Both the position numbers and the translations under genes were made by a program. The notes under the pieces were generated by a model. The model worked only from the letters and a program-made list of their open reading frames with translations, did no database searches and was not told the origin of the DNA. Shown here piece by piece: positions 46,735 through 56,705 of a stretch of DNA of 59,694 nucleotides; within the stretch, counting starts at the first letter, position 1; each line of letters starts with the position of its first letter. The DNA is from an uncultured Hydrogenophaga sp. (lineage in GTDB: Bacteria; Pseudomonadota; Gammaproteobacteria; Burkholderiales; Burkholderiaceae_C), in NCBI GenBank assembly GCA_964442375.1, contig CAYUAH010000001.1:1-59694 (forward strand), written 5' to 3'.

Positions 46735-47736
46735 TCACTCGTCCAGGCTGATGTTCTCCTGGAGGGCGATCTGTTTCCAGGCGCCGAGTTCGGCTCCGAC
46801 GAACTGCGCAAAAGCCTCGCCAACCAGCCCGCTGGGCTCAAAGCCTTTGTCTTTCAGGATTTTGGTGAAAGCTGGGTCGGCCAGAACGGCTTGCATGTGC
46901 TGACGCAAGCCGGTGGCCGTGGCTGTCGGCAGCTTGGCCGGTGCCGCGATGCCCCACCAGTTCAACACCTGGAGTCGGGGCTGGCCCAGGTCGGCCGAAG
47001 ACGGTACGTTAGGCAGCAGATCGCTCCGCTGTTTGTCAAGCACTGCCAGCATGCGAACGTGCCCTTCCTTGATCAGGGGCAATGCGGTGCCAGGACTCAC
47101 AATCGTGGCGTCAATGTGTCCCGCGCGCAGGTCGTTCAGTACCGGCGACATGCCCTTGTAGGGAATGATTTGCAGCCTGATGCCCAGTTGCGCTTGCAGC
47201 AGCGATGAGCCCATGTAGTCGAGTGATCCCAATCCAGCTGCACCGATTCGGATGGTTCCCGGCTTCGACTTGGCCAACTGTATGAACTCGGCGAAGTTCG
47301 TGGCCGGCACGGCGCTGTTCACGGCCAAGCCGAAGGGACTGCTGGCGATGCGCCCAATGAAGCTGAAGTCTCGCTCTACGTCGTAGCGCATGGTCTTTCG
47401 TATGGCCGGCAGGATGCCCATGTTGGCGGGCGCACACAGCAGCAGGGTCAGGCCATCCGGGCTGGCCTTGGCCACGTGTTCGGCGCCCAGCATGGAACCC
47501 GCGCCGGGCTTGTTCTCGACGATCCAGTTGCCGCCCGTACGCTTGGCCATTGCGTCGGCAAACAGGCGCGCTACCAGGTCGTTGGAAGCCCCAGGTGTGT
47601 AGGGCACAACGAGTTTGGTGACGCCCACTGACTGAGCCCAGGAGGCGCTCATGGGCAAGGCGCAGGCGAGACTGGCGCACAAAAGCGTTCTGCGCTGGAG
47701 CGTGGTGCGCGGGGCGGGGTGGGTGGTGTCAGACAT
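46735..47736 (-). CDS. Bug/TctC substrate-binding protein
   Basis: 'PYTPGASND', 'ENKPGAGS', 'IPYKG'. Confidence 0.9.
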   Translation of the reverse strand: MSDTTHPAPRTTLQRRTLLCASLACALPMSASWAQSVGVTKLVVPYTPGASNDLVARLFADAMAKRTGGNWIVENKPGAGSMLGAEHVAKASPDGLTLLLCAPANMGILPAIRKTMRYDVERDFSFIGRIASSPFGLAVNSAVPATNFAEFIQLAKSKPGTIRIGAAGLGSLDYMGSSLLQAQLGIRLQIIPYKGMSPVLNDLRAGHIDATIVSPGTALPLIKEGHVRMLAVLDKQRSDLLPNVPSSADLGQPRLQVLNWWGIAAPAKLPTATATGLRQHMQAVLADPAFTKILKDKGFEPSGLVGEAFAQFVGAELGAWKQIALQENISLDE

Positions 47737-48589
47737 GGGTGTCTCCTGGTGGTGTTGGGGTGGGAGGCGCAAGAAAATTCAGCACCGTGGTGTTGAACGT
47801 GGTGGGTCGTTCCCAGTTGATGGCGTGGCCGGCGTCTTCGATACAAGCCAGCTCGGCGTTGGGCAGATGGCGAGCCCACGTCCGCATCAGGGCCGGGGGC
47901 GCCAGCAGATCGGCGCCACCCATCAGCACCAAGGTGGGGGTTTGGATGGTGGCGACCTTGGCGTAGGTGTTGGGTGTGCGCATGGGTTGCGCGGGCGCCC
48001 CCGCCTGTTGGGCCTGGTGTTCGATCGACTTGAAGCGCGCCCAGCCATCGGGGTCCTCGGCCCGGTACGCCACACCGACCTCAAGAAACGAACGCAAGGC
48101 GGGCACGCCTGTCAGGCCGGGAATGGCGATGTGTGCTGACAGAGCCTGCATCTCCGGTTCGTTGAACTGGCCGTTGCTGGCGCAGACCACCAGCTTGCGC
48201 AGCTTGTGCGGGCGCCAGGCGGCGTAGTCCAGCGCCACAAACCCGCCCCCTGCAATGCCCACCAGGTGAAAGCTGTCGATGTGCAGGTGTTGCACCAATG
48301 CGTCGAGGTCGTCTGCCACCGTGCCCGGTTGATGACCGGTGGAAGCATCGATCTCGCTGCGGCCCCAACCCCTGCGGTCGAAGGCGATAACGCGCAAGCC
48401 ACTGGTGTGGAATGTGGTGATCTGGTGGTCCCAGGCCGACACGGTTCCCGTGTTGGCGTGGAGCAGCACCACCACTTCCCCTGTGCCGCCGGTGTCGACG
48501 TACCAGAGCCGTGTCCCGGGCAGGTGGACGTGTTGTCCGGACCACGACGTGACCCGCTCTGCACTTGGGCTGTGGATGTCAGGCCACAT
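47729..48589 (-). CDS. alpha/beta-hydrolase-fold protein, nucleophile Ser replaced by Ala
   Basis: 'LWYVDTGG', 'DRRGWG', elbow 'VGIAGGG', 'AGHAINWE'; paralog of 38721; start uncertain. Confidence 0.8.
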   Translation of the reverse strand: MWPDIHSPSAERVTSWSGQHVHLPGTRLWYVDTGGTGEVVVLLHANTGTVSAWDHQITTFHTSGLRVIAFDRRGWGRSEIDASTGHQPGTVADDLDALVQHLHIDSFHLVGIAGGGFVALDYAAWRPHKLRKLVVCASNGQFNEPEMQALSAHIAIPGLTGVPALRSFLEVGVAYRAEDPDGWARFKSIEHQAQQAGAPAQPMRTPNTYAKVATIQTPTLVLMGGADLLAPPALMRTWARHLPNAELACIEDAGHAINWERPTTFNTTVLNFLAPPTPTPPGDTHV

Positions 48590-48752
48590 GATCGAAAGTG
48601 AACATAAGTCTCCTCTTTACGAACAGCGAATGTCTTTGACCTCGCTTGTGATGGGCTTGCCATGTGTGCTGACGAAGTCACGATGCGCACCGACTTCCGC
48701 CGCCCATGTCCAGACTCTAGGTGTTGGTACGGTCTGTGTGAGCCCTGCAACT

Positions 48753-48767
48753 GCATTCCTGCTTTGA
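48753..48767 (-). promoter_or_regulatory. Operator site 6
   Basis: GCATTCCTGCTTTGA on the plus strand, 33 bp from TAGAGT on the minus strand. Confidence 0.62.
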
Positions 48768-48848
48768 GTTTCTCGTCATGGCCACGTCGAGGTGTGTGGC
48801 CAGTTGTGGTGCGAAGTGCATTACCCCGTCGTGCCAGATGGATTCATG

Positions 48849-49029
48849 TCACCTGCGCGCCACACTGGACATGTCGGGCGGCGTCCAGTCGGGCAGCACC
48901 CGCAGCAGACTGCCGTCGGCCAGTTGGGGGTTGGCCAGGTAGGCGGGCACCACCAACAGCCAGGGTGGCGCGCAGCAGGGCGGAGGTCTCGTTGGCACTG
49001 AGATCGCTGGCCACGCCCACCTGTGCCAC
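48849..49029 (-). pseudogene. LysR substrate-binding domain C-terminal remnant
   Basis: 'LSANETSALLRATLA' and 'PAYLANPQLADGSLLRVLPDWTPP' in different frames. Confidence 0.7.
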
Positions 49030-49047
49030 TTCGTGCCGACCACGGAC

Positions 49048-49103
49048 ACCACCATCACCTATTTGTTCGACCCCCTCGTGGCTGGTGCTACGGCACTTCG
49101 CCC
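49048..49103 (+). pseudogene. DsbA-family N-terminal remnant (frameshifted)
   Basis: 'TTITYLFDPL' then 'GWCYG' one base out of frame (FDPLCGWCYG motif). Confidence 0.65.
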
Positions 49104-49250
49104 CATGTGCTGACGGTGACTGTGCTTGAAGAGGTGTTGGAGCACCTGCGTGCCGGACGTTGTCGCAGCCGGCGCACGCTGGACGAAGAGCTGGCGCGAT
49201 TCGAGGCGGTACTGCGCCAGCAGCGCTGACCTGAAGGTGCGCCCGACGCG

Positions 49251-50696
49251 TTATGGAGACAGGTAGCTCGTCTTGACGGTGGTGAAAAACTCGGCTGCGT
49301 AGCGCCCTTGTTCGCGCGGGCCGAAGCTTGACGCCTTGCGGCCACCAAAGGGCGCGTGAGCGTCCACCCCGGCGGTCGGAGCGTTCACCATCACCATGCC
49401 GGCCTGCAGTTCGCGCTTGAAGCGGCTGGCCTCGCGCAACGAGGTGGTGACGACACCGGCCGACAGCCCGTAGGGCGTGTCGTTGGCCACCGCGAGGGCC
49501 TCGTTGGCGTCCCGCACGCGTATCACGCAGGCGACGGGGCCGAAGATTTCCTCACGGTTGATGCGCATGTGGTTGTGTGTGTCGGTGAACAGCGCTGGCT
49601 GAAGGTAGAAGCCCGGCTGGCCGTTGAGTTCGGCCATGGCCTCACCGCCAGCAACGAGCCGGCCCCCGTCACTGCGGGCTGAGGCGATGTACGCCATGTC
49701 CTGAGCAAGCTGGGCAGCGTCTACCACCGGGCCGATCACCGTGTCCGGTGCGCGGGCGTCTCCCACTTTCAACGTGGCCATGCGGGCTGTCATGGCGGCC
49801 ACGAAGCGGTCATGGATGCCATGGGTGACGATCAGGCGCGAAGACGCGGTGCAACGTTGCCCGGTGGCGTAAAAGGCGCCGTTGATGGCACAGTCAACGG
49901 CCACGTTCAGATCTGCATCGTCCAGCACCACCAGCGGGTTCTTGCCACCCATCTCCAGCTGGAATTTAGGCATCGCCCCGAGGCGGCTCACCGCAGCCTG
50001 GGCCACCTTGCGCCCAGTGGCTTCCGAGCCAGTGAAGGTGATGGCGTGGACCCTTGGGTCGTCCAGCAAAACCTGGCCCACTTCGCGCCCGCGCCCCATC
50101 ACCAGGTTGAACGTGCCGGGTGGCAGTCCGGCGCGGCTGAGCATCTCAGCCAGGACCCACGCGCAGGCGGGCACCAACTCGGCCGGCTTGAATACCACCG
50201 CGTTGCCATAGGCCAGCGCCGGCGCGATCTTCCAGGCGGGAATGGCGAGTGGAAAATTCCAAGGGGTGATGATGCCCACCACGCCCACCGGTTCGCGCGT
50301 GATCTCCACCGTCATGCCTGGCCGGGTGGACGGCAGCAGCTCGCCGCCCAAGCGCAGGGCCTCACCCGCGAAAAACTTGAAGATGTGGCCTGTGCGCAGT
50401 ACCTCGCCCCGGGCGTCGGGCAGGGCCTTGCCTTCCTCGCGGGCCAGCAGGTCGGCCAGCTCGGCAAGGCGGGCGATGATTTCGTTGCCCACTTGGTCCA
50501 GCGCGTCGGCCCGCTGTTGTGGTGTGAAGGCCGCCCAGACCGGTTGAGCGGCCTGTGCAGCAGCCACCGCGTCCTCGACCTGGGCGCGGCTGGCCTGGGC
50601 GTACAGGCCGACCACATCGCGCGTGTCCGACGGGTTGATGTTGGGGCTGGCGTTGGTGCCGGCCACCCAGTCACCGGCGATGAAGTTGGCGTGCAT
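49251..50696 (-). CDS. Aldehyde dehydrogenase (alpha-ketoglutarate-semialdehyde DH-like)
   Basis: 'ITPWNFP', 'FTGS', 'LEMGGKN', 'GQRCTA', 'EEIFGP'. Confidence 0.92.
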   Translation of the reverse strand: MHANFIAGDWVAGTNASPNINPSDTRDVVGLYAQASRAQVEDAVAAAQAAQPVWAAFTPQQRADALDQVGNEIIARLAELADLLAREEGKALPDARGEVLRTGHIFKFFAGEALRLGGELLPSTRPGMTVEITREPVGVVGIITPWNFPLAIPAWKIAPALAYGNAVVFKPAELVPACAWVLAEMLSRAGLPPGTFNLVMGRGREVGQVLLDDPRVHAITFTGSEATGRKVAQAAVSRLGAMPKFQLEMGGKNPLVVLDDADLNVAVDCAINGAFYATGQRCTASSRLIVTHGIHDRFVAAMTARMATLKVGDARAPDTVIGPVVDAAQLAQDMAYIASARSDGGRLVAGGEAMAELNGQPGFYLQPALFTDTHNHMRINREEIFGPVACVIRVRDANEALAVANDTPYGLSAGVVTTSLREASRFKRELQAGMVMVNAPTAGVDAHAPFGGRKASSFGPREQGRYAAEFFTTVKTSYLSP

Positions 50697-50704
50697 GGTG
50701 GCGA

Positions 50705-51688
50705 TCAGGATTCCGCTGTGAAGCCGATGGATTTGACGATGGGGCCCCAGCGTTCGGTGTCTGCCTTGAGCAGCGCGGCCAGCTCGGTTGAACTGGAGGC
50801 GCGCGCGTCCAGGCCCATGGCGGCCAGGCCGTCGATCACATCGTTGCTGGCCAGCGCAGCGCGCACGGCGGTGTTGGCACGTTGCACCACCTCCGGCGTA
50901 GCTTTGCCAGGCAGGAAGAAGCCGAACCACTCACCGTAGACGAGATCCTTGTAGCCTTGCTCCACGAGGGTGGGAACGCCGGGTACAAACTTGTTGCGTT
51001 TGGCGCCGCTGGTGGCCAGGATGCGCAGCTTGCCGCCGGCCACGTGGGGCAGGAACTCGCCTACTGGTGCCGACACCGCCGCGATCTGACCACCCAGCAT
51101 GTCCATGATTGCGGGCTGCGAGCCGCGGAAACCCACGTGTTGCAGCTCCACCTTGCCGGCGCGGCCAATCAGCACGCCCACGAAGTGCGGCACCGAGCCC
51201 GGCGCGGGTGAGCCGAAGTTGGCTTGTTGTTTGTTGGCCTCGCACCAGGCCAGGAACTCCGGCACGGTTTTCACGCTGGCAGGCACCATGGGTCCGACCG
51301 CAAACGCCATGTCGAATTCCACGCCGAGAGACACCGGCGTGAGGTCGGCCACCGGGTCGTAGGGCAGCTTGCGGTACGTGTGGGGGTAAATGCCCAACAT
51401 GGACATGGGGGTGACCAGCAGTGTGTTGCCGTCGGGTGCGGCGGACTTGAGCGCAGAGATGGCAATCTGGCCACCAGCGCCTGGTCGGTTGTCCACCACC
51501 ACGGACCGGGCGTAGCTGCCGCTGAGCTTGGTGGCGACGCGCCGGGCCAGCGTGTCGATGGTGCCACCGGCGGCAAAGCCGGCGAGGATCTTGGCGTTGT
51601 CTGCAGTTTGCGCCTGGCCCAGCAGGGGAAGTGTGCTGGCGGCGCTGCCCAGTACCAGCTGTAGAAAATGACGGCGTTGGGTGAACAT
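50705..51688 (-). CDS. Bug/TctC substrate-binding protein
   Basis: 'GFAAGGTID', 'DNRPGAGG'. Confidence 0.92.
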   Translation of the reverse strand: MFTQRRHFLQLVLGSAASTLPLLGQAQTADNAKILAGFAAGGTIDTLARRVATKLSGSYARSVVVDNRPGAGGQIAISALKSAAPDGNTLLVTPMSMLGIYPHTYRKLPYDPVADLTPVSLGVEFDMAFAVGPMVPASVKTVPEFLAWCEANKQQANFGSPAPGSVPHFVGVLIGRAGKVELQHVGFRGSQPAIMDMLGGQIAAVSAPVGEFLPHVAGGKLRILATSGAKRNKFVPGVPTLVEQGYKDLVYGEWFGFFLPGKATPEVVQRANTAVRAALASNDVIDGLAAMGLDARASSSTELAALLKADTERWGPIVKSIGFTAES

Positions 51689-51729
51689 GATGAAGGTCTC
51701 CTGATGTGGTTTGGGGGTGGGGTCGGGAA

Positions 51730-52677
51730 TCAGTGGTCTGTTTTGGACAGACGCAGGTTGTTCTTGAAGGTCTCTGGCACACGCTCGTCAAAACCCAGTG
51801 CCACGCGGCGCACCTCGGGGCTGTCGGTGGGCGCGTGGCCCACGCCCAGCGCGGCGGCGCGCGGCGCGTCAATGGCGGTGACGGTGCCGCTCACGCGACC
51901 CAGGCCAGTGACTTCGCACTCGACCACCTGACCCGGATCGACCGAACGGGAGTGGCAGGGCGTGCCCATCAGGATCACATCACCCGGCACCAGGGTGATG
52001 TGGCGAGCCAGATCGGCGATCACATAGTGCGGGCCCCAGATGGTTTCCTCGCCGATGTGCGCCTCCTGCACCACCAGGCCGTTGACATAGGTGCGCAGGG
52101 TCTGTTCGAACAGGTTGACGCCGCGCACGATGCCGGGGCCGATGGGCAGCAGGGTGTCGGCGCCCTTGACGCGCAGCATGCTGCCCTGGTCGGTGTCGCG
52201 GAAGTCCTGCAGGCCCATGTCGAGCGCGGGGCAGAAGCCTTCAATGAAGTCCCAGGCTTCATCGGGCGTCACGTTGCGGCAGGTCCTGCCGATGACCACA
52301 GCGTACTCGCCCTCGTAGTTGAGGTACTTGCAGTCGGCCGGCTTGAGAATCTGGCCCTTGTGGCCGTTGAGCGAGGTGGGCGGCTTGGTGAAATAGGTGG
52401 GCGTTTCGGTGGGCTTGTTCTTGTTGCGCGTCTCGAAGCTGCGCGAGCTGTACGAGATGTGCACTGCGATGATCTTGCTGGGGTTGACCGGCGGCAGGTG
52501 GGGCAGGGTGACGGGATCGACCACGCGGCCGTCGTCCAGGCGCAGCTGCCCTTGCTGCGGGCCTGCTTCAATGACCGTGCCCCAGAACGCGCTGCCGCCG
52601 ATCAGCACGCGGCGGCGCTCGACACGCGGGCCGCGCATCACGGCGGGAAGTTCGGTGAAAGGGAATTCGAAGTTCAT
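51730..52677 (-). CDS. Fumarylacetoacetate-hydrolase family (HpaG-like decarboxylase/isomerase)
   Basis: 'FTKPPTS', 'NYEGE', 'VKGADT', 'PGDVILMGTP'. Confidence 0.85.
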   Translation of the reverse strand: MNFEFPFTELPAVMRGPRVERRRVLIGGSAFWGTVIEAGPQQGQLRLDDGRVVDPVTLPHLPPVNPSKIIAVHISYSSRSFETRNKNKPTETPTYFTKPPTSLNGHKGQILKPADCKYLNYEGEYAVVIGRTCRNVTPDEAWDFIEGFCPALDMGLQDFRDTDQGSMLRVKGADTLLPIGPGIVRGVNLFEQTLRTYVNGLVVQEAHIGEETIWGPHYVIADLARHITLVPGDVILMGTPCHSRSVDPGQVVECEVTGLGRVSGTVTAIDAPRAAALGVGHAPTDSPEVRRVALGFDERVPETFKNNLRLSKTDH

Positions 52678-53555
52678 GCGCCGGCCTCTTGGGTGTCGAA
52701 CCAGATGTGGATGTTTCCTGTGCCCCGTGCGTTTTCGTATGCGGACAACGGCTCACCTTTCGCACGGCACGCCGCACCGCCCATGGCGCCCACCATCTGC
52801 AGGTAGTGCGCGCCAAAGGCTTCCCAAGGTTTGAGGCGGTAGTCGTCGTTCCACCGCTCCAGGATCAGGTCGTGCCGGCCCTGTTTCATCAGTTCTATGG
52901 CTTGCTTGTCGCTCTCGATGTTCTCGGGGCGCGAGACGTTGCTCTCGTGGAAGATGCGAGGGTTGTTGGGCTTCCAGTCGATGTTGTTGAACTTGTGGCT
53001 CAGAGCGCCGGAGGCCAGCAGCACCACGCGCAGGTTGCTGCGGCGGATGGCCTCGCCGATGGCCTCGCCCGAGCTCACGAAATGCGGCCAGTCGCAGTTC
53101 TGGCACGAACTGGCGGTCACCACAGGCAGGTCGACCTGTTCCAGGCGCAGCTGCTTGACCAGGTTGATGGTCGCGTACTGGCGACCCAGGTCGGGGTGGG
53201 CGATCACCCGGTTGAACCCACCGCGCTCGCGCGACACGGCTTCGATTTTCAGTGCCAGATCGGGATGGCCGCGGTAGTCGTACGGCACGCCATGCAGGTA
53301 CCAGGGCATCTCGTCCGAGATGTAGGTGCCGCTGTAGCGTTTTCCGCCGTCGACCAAGTGGTAACCGGTGGTGAACCAGTGCGAGTCGAAGATCATCACG
53401 ACGTCGGGCGCCGCGTCCATGATCTTCTTCCTCAGCCGGGCATAGCCCGCGATGAGGTCCGAGTCGGCCCCGGCGCCCTGGAGCACGCGGAATTCTTCAC
53501 ATTGCATCAGTCCGGGGTGGTGCGACACCACGGCGGCGCCTACGATTTGTCCCAT
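52674..53555 (-). CDS. hpaD: LigB-class extradiol dioxygenase, homoprotocatechuate 2,3-dioxygenase-like
   Basis: 'SHHP', 'FDSHW', 'LASGALSH'; hpa context. Confidence 0.75.
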   Translation of the reverse strand: MGQIVGAAVVSHHPGLMQCEEFRVLQGAGADSDLIAGYARLRKKIMDAAPDVVMIFDSHWFTTGYHLVDGGKRYSGTYISDEMPWYLHGVPYDYRGHPDLALKIEAVSRERGGFNRVIAHPDLGRQYATINLVKQLRLEQVDLPVVTASSCQNCDWPHFVSSGEAIGEAIRRSNLRVVLLASGALSHKFNNIDWKPNNPRIFHESNVSRPENIESDKQAIELMKQGRHDLILERWNDDYRLKPWEAFGAHYLQMVGAMGGAACRAKGEPLSAYENARGTGNIHIWFDTQEAGA

Positions 53556-53591
53556 TTGGGTTGCTCCTTTGGCTGCGTTGTCGGCAGCGGT

Positions 53592-55172
53592 TCAGTTGAA
53601 TGTTTTCGATGCCCACAGCTTGCGCCGTTCGGGCAGGGGGTCGGACACGACGGCGGAAGTGGTGTCAAAGCGCATCGTCAAGCGTCGGGTCAGGTCGTAG
53701 CGGTCCCAGCCAGGGTTCCCGGTCTTCACGAAGCGCAGCCAGTGACCGAACATGCTGTCTGCCAGGGGCTGGTGGCCCACCCCGCCGATGAAGGGCTTGG
53801 CCTGTGGGCTGGTGAGGGTGTTGAAGGCAAAAGGCACGTCCACCACGTGGGCCGCACCCAGGCGCCCGCCGAAGCCGGGTGACTGCCAGGCGAAGTGGTA
53901 GTTCCAAGTCGGCGCACCGGCCGCCACCCGGTTTTCTGCATAGCGCAGCGCCGGGATGCGGAAGGTGCTGTCGGACTCGAACGCCGCCAGCTGGTCGCCC
54001 GGTGACGCGTTGGGACGCACCTGGGCATACACCTGTGCGGCGTTCTCGGGCAGCTTGGCGCCTCTGATCGCACCGGCAAAAGCGGGGTCGGGAATGCGGT
54101 CAATGGCGCCACTGGGCACCAGGTACAGGCGCGCTTCATCATCGGTGCAGCCGATGAGCAGAGGCATGTCGGGCTGGGCATACCGCGTCAGCGACGTCAA
54201 TGGCGGGTCGGTGACGACTGTGCCGTCCACCACTGGCAGGTAAGGCGGCTGGCCACCAATGGTGCCCCACTTGGTCCGGTCGCGCAGGTCAGCGACTATC
54301 CGCTCGGTTGCGCCGATCAGATCTGCTATGGAGGCGCTCGCCAGCGCCTGGGCGTTGGCTTCCACCTTGAGTTCGGCGGCGGTGGCCGCGGCCACGCGCC
54401 GGGCCTGGTGGGGCGAAAGGTGATTCTGCGGCGGGCTTTGTGCGATGGCTTGCTGAAACAATCCCTTGGCCAATGGCATGCCCATCAGGGCCATCACGCT
54501 TTGGGCCCCGGCCGACTGACCGGCCAGGGTGACCTTGTCGGGGGCACCTCCGAAGGCGGCAATGTTCTGTTGAACCCATTGCAGGGCCGCCAGCTGGTCG
54601 AGGAATCCGCGGTTGGGCGGCATGCCTTCCACCCACATGAAACCATCGATGCCAACGCGGTAGTTGACGGTCACCACCACCACACCCTGGCGGGCGAAGG
54701 CGCTGCCGTCGTACCAGGTTTCGCTGGCATCGACGCGGTAGAACGCGCCGCCGGGCAGCCAGACCAGCACAGGTGCGCCCCGGGCGTTCACCGGCGCCCA
54801 GATGTTCAGCGTGAGGTCGTCGGGCGCGCCCGCCAGACCGCCCCCCGGCGTTCGCGAGGGCTGCGGCGGCATCGGGCCGGCCTTCGTGGCATCGCGCACA
54901 CCTGTCCAGGCGGGCATGGGTTGCGGCGCTTTGAAGCGGTTGGCCGCGAGGTAGGGGTTGGCCGCATACGGCACGCGCTTGAAGCTCAGCACATCGCCCG
55001 CGCGGCTGCCCTGCAGCTGCCCCTGGGCCACGGTGGCGATGGGCTTATCGCCCGTGGCCCCGGTGATGGCTTTGGCGCGCGGTGCCGCGCAACCGGGCAG
55101 CCCCAGGGCGCCCAGCCCCAAGGCGGCACCTGCGCCCAGCCACTCACGTCGGTTCATACGGTCCGAGGTCAT
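53592..55172 (-). CDS. Type-B carboxylesterase, Tat lipoprotein
   Basis: 'NRREWL..LPGC'; 'NYRVG', GQSAG nucleophile, 'DEA', 'GAAH'. Confidence 0.9.
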   Translation of the reverse strand: MTSDRMNRREWLGAGAALGLGALGLPGCAAPRAKAITGATGDKPIATVAQGQLQGSRAGDVLSFKRVPYAANPYLAANRFKAPQPMPAWTGVRDATKAGPMPPQPSRTPGGGLAGAPDDLTLNIWAPVNARGAPVLVWLPGGAFYRVDASETWYDGSAFARQGVVVVTVNYRVGIDGFMWVEGMPPNRGFLDQLAALQWVQQNIAAFGGAPDKVTLAGQSAGAQSVMALMGMPLAKGLFQQAIAQSPPQNHLSPHQARRVAAATAAELKVEANAQALASASIADLIGATERIVADLRDRTKWGTIGGQPPYLPVVDGTVVTDPPLTSLTRYAQPDMPLLIGCTDDEARLYLVPSGAIDRIPDPAFAGAIRGAKLPENAAQVYAQVRPNASPGDQLAAFESDSTFRIPALRYAENRVAAGAPTWNYHFAWQSPGFGGRLGAAHVVDVPFAFNTLTSPQAKPFIGGVGHQPLADSMFGHWLRFVKTGNPGWDRYDLTRRLTMRFDTTSAVVSDPLPERRKLWASKTFN

Positions 55173-55213
55173 GTGTGTCTCCTGTCGTTGTGAATACGAA
55201 CCGAACCAAGCAC

Positions 55214-56689
55214 TCAGCGCTGGCTGAAGCTCGCCTTGAAGGGTTTCTTCGGCACCACCACGTCCTTGATGTCGCAGAAAAATTCGAAGCTCCAGTCGCC
55301 GCCTTCGCGCCCGATGCCACTGCGCTTGATGCCGCCGAAGGGCGCGGCCAGGTCGCGGATGCCGAAGCTGTTGACCCAGATGAAGCCGGTGCGCACGCGG
55401 TCGGCGACCGCGGTGGCGTGGGCGGTTTCGCCGTAGCACACGCCGCCCAGACCGTAGTCGGTGCCGTTGGCCAGCTCGATGGCTTCTTCGTCGCTGGCAA
55501 AGGTCTGTAGTGTCAGCACCGGACCGAACACCTCGTTCTGCACGATTTCGTCCGACTGCTTCAGGTTCGTCAGCATGGTGGGCTGGATGTACTGCGCTCC
55601 ATAAGGATGTGGTTCGCCGCCCCAGAGCAGGCGGGCGCCACCGGCCACTGCACGCTCTACGAAGCCCAGCACGCGCTCGACTTGCCGCGGGTGGATCACC
55701 GGTCCCACCTCGGTGGTCTCATCGCGCGGGTCGCCCACAACAAGTTTGTCCACGTAGGCGCGCATGGTGGCGACGAAGGCATCGGCCACTTTTTCATGCA
55801 CCAGGAACCGGGTGCCCGCCAGGCACACCTGGCCGGCATTTCGGTACATCAGCGCGCCGGTGGCAGCAGCGCCTTCGATGTCAGCGTCTTCCAGCACGAT
55901 GAAGGGGCTCTTGCCGCCCAGTTCGAGGCTGCAGGGCACGAGGTTGGCGCCGGCGGCCTGCGCGATCCACTTGGCGGTGGGCACCGAGCCGGTGAAGGAA
56001 ACGCGGGCGATGCGCGGGTCGCTCACGAGCTTGGCGCCAGTGTTCGCGCCCGTGCCCTGCACCACGTTGAACACGCCAGGCGGTAGACCGGCGGCATGGG
56101 CCGCATCGGCCAGCAGCGAGCAGGTCAGCGGCGCCCACTCGGGCGGTTTCAGGATGCAGGTGTTGCCGGCCGCCAGCGCCGGCCCCAGCTTCCAGGTGGA
56201 CAACATCAGTGGCGCGTTCCAGGGCGTGATGACGACCACCACGCCCGCCGGGTCGTGGCGCACGATGTGGTGCGCCTGGTCGGTTTCGATGGGGCGGTTC
56301 TGCAGGTCCAGCGCGTGTTCGGCGAACCAGCGGATGTTGAGCATGGCGCGCGGCACCACACCGTGGCGCATGCGCGAGAGCAGCACGCCAGCGTCGTTGC
56401 TTTCGATCTGGCAAAGCGCGTCGGCGCGCTGGCCGATCTCGTCGGCGAAGCGGTCGAGGTAAGGCTTGCGCTCGGCGGCCGTGAGTGCCGACCAGGCCGG
56501 GAAGGCCTGTTGCGCGGCGGCGATGGCGGCTTGCACCTCAGCCTCGCCGCCCTCGCACACCTCGCCCAGCAGGCGCTGGTCGATGGGCGAGTGCAGCGGG
56601 AAGCGGTTGGCGGAGGCCACACGCTGTCCGTTGATGTAGTGGTCGGGCGACACCGGGAAACCGGCGACTTCGATGGTGGGAGAGGTCAT
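55214..56689 (-). CDS. hpaE: Hydroxymuconate-semialdehyde dehydrogenase (HpaE-like)
   Basis: 'PWNAP', 'KPPEWAP', 'LELGGKS', 'GQVCLAG', 'RDLAAPFGG', 'GREGG'. Confidence 0.8.
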   Translation of the reverse strand: MTSPTIEVAGFPVSPDHYINGQRVASANRFPLHSPIDQRLLGEVCEGGEAEVQAAIAAAQQAFPAWSALTAAERKPYLDRFADEIGQRADALCQIESNDAGVLLSRMRHGVVPRAMLNIRWFAEHALDLQNRPIETDQAHHIVRHDPAGVVVVITPWNAPLMLSTWKLGPALAAGNTCILKPPEWAPLTCSLLADAAHAAGLPPGVFNVVQGTGANTGAKLVSDPRIARVSFTGSVPTAKWIAQAAGANLVPCSLELGGKSPFIVLEDADIEGAAATGALMYRNAGQVCLAGTRFLVHEKVADAFVATMRAYVDKLVVGDPRDETTEVGPVIHPRQVERVLGFVERAVAGGARLLWGGEPHPYGAQYIQPTMLTNLKQSDEIVQNEVFGPVLTLQTFASDEEAIELANGTDYGLGGVCYGETAHATAVADRVRTGFIWVNSFGIRDLAAPFGGIKRSGIGREGGDWSFEFFCDIKDVVVPKKPFKASFSQR

Positions 56690-56705
56690 GGGTGGGTCTC
56701 GAAAT

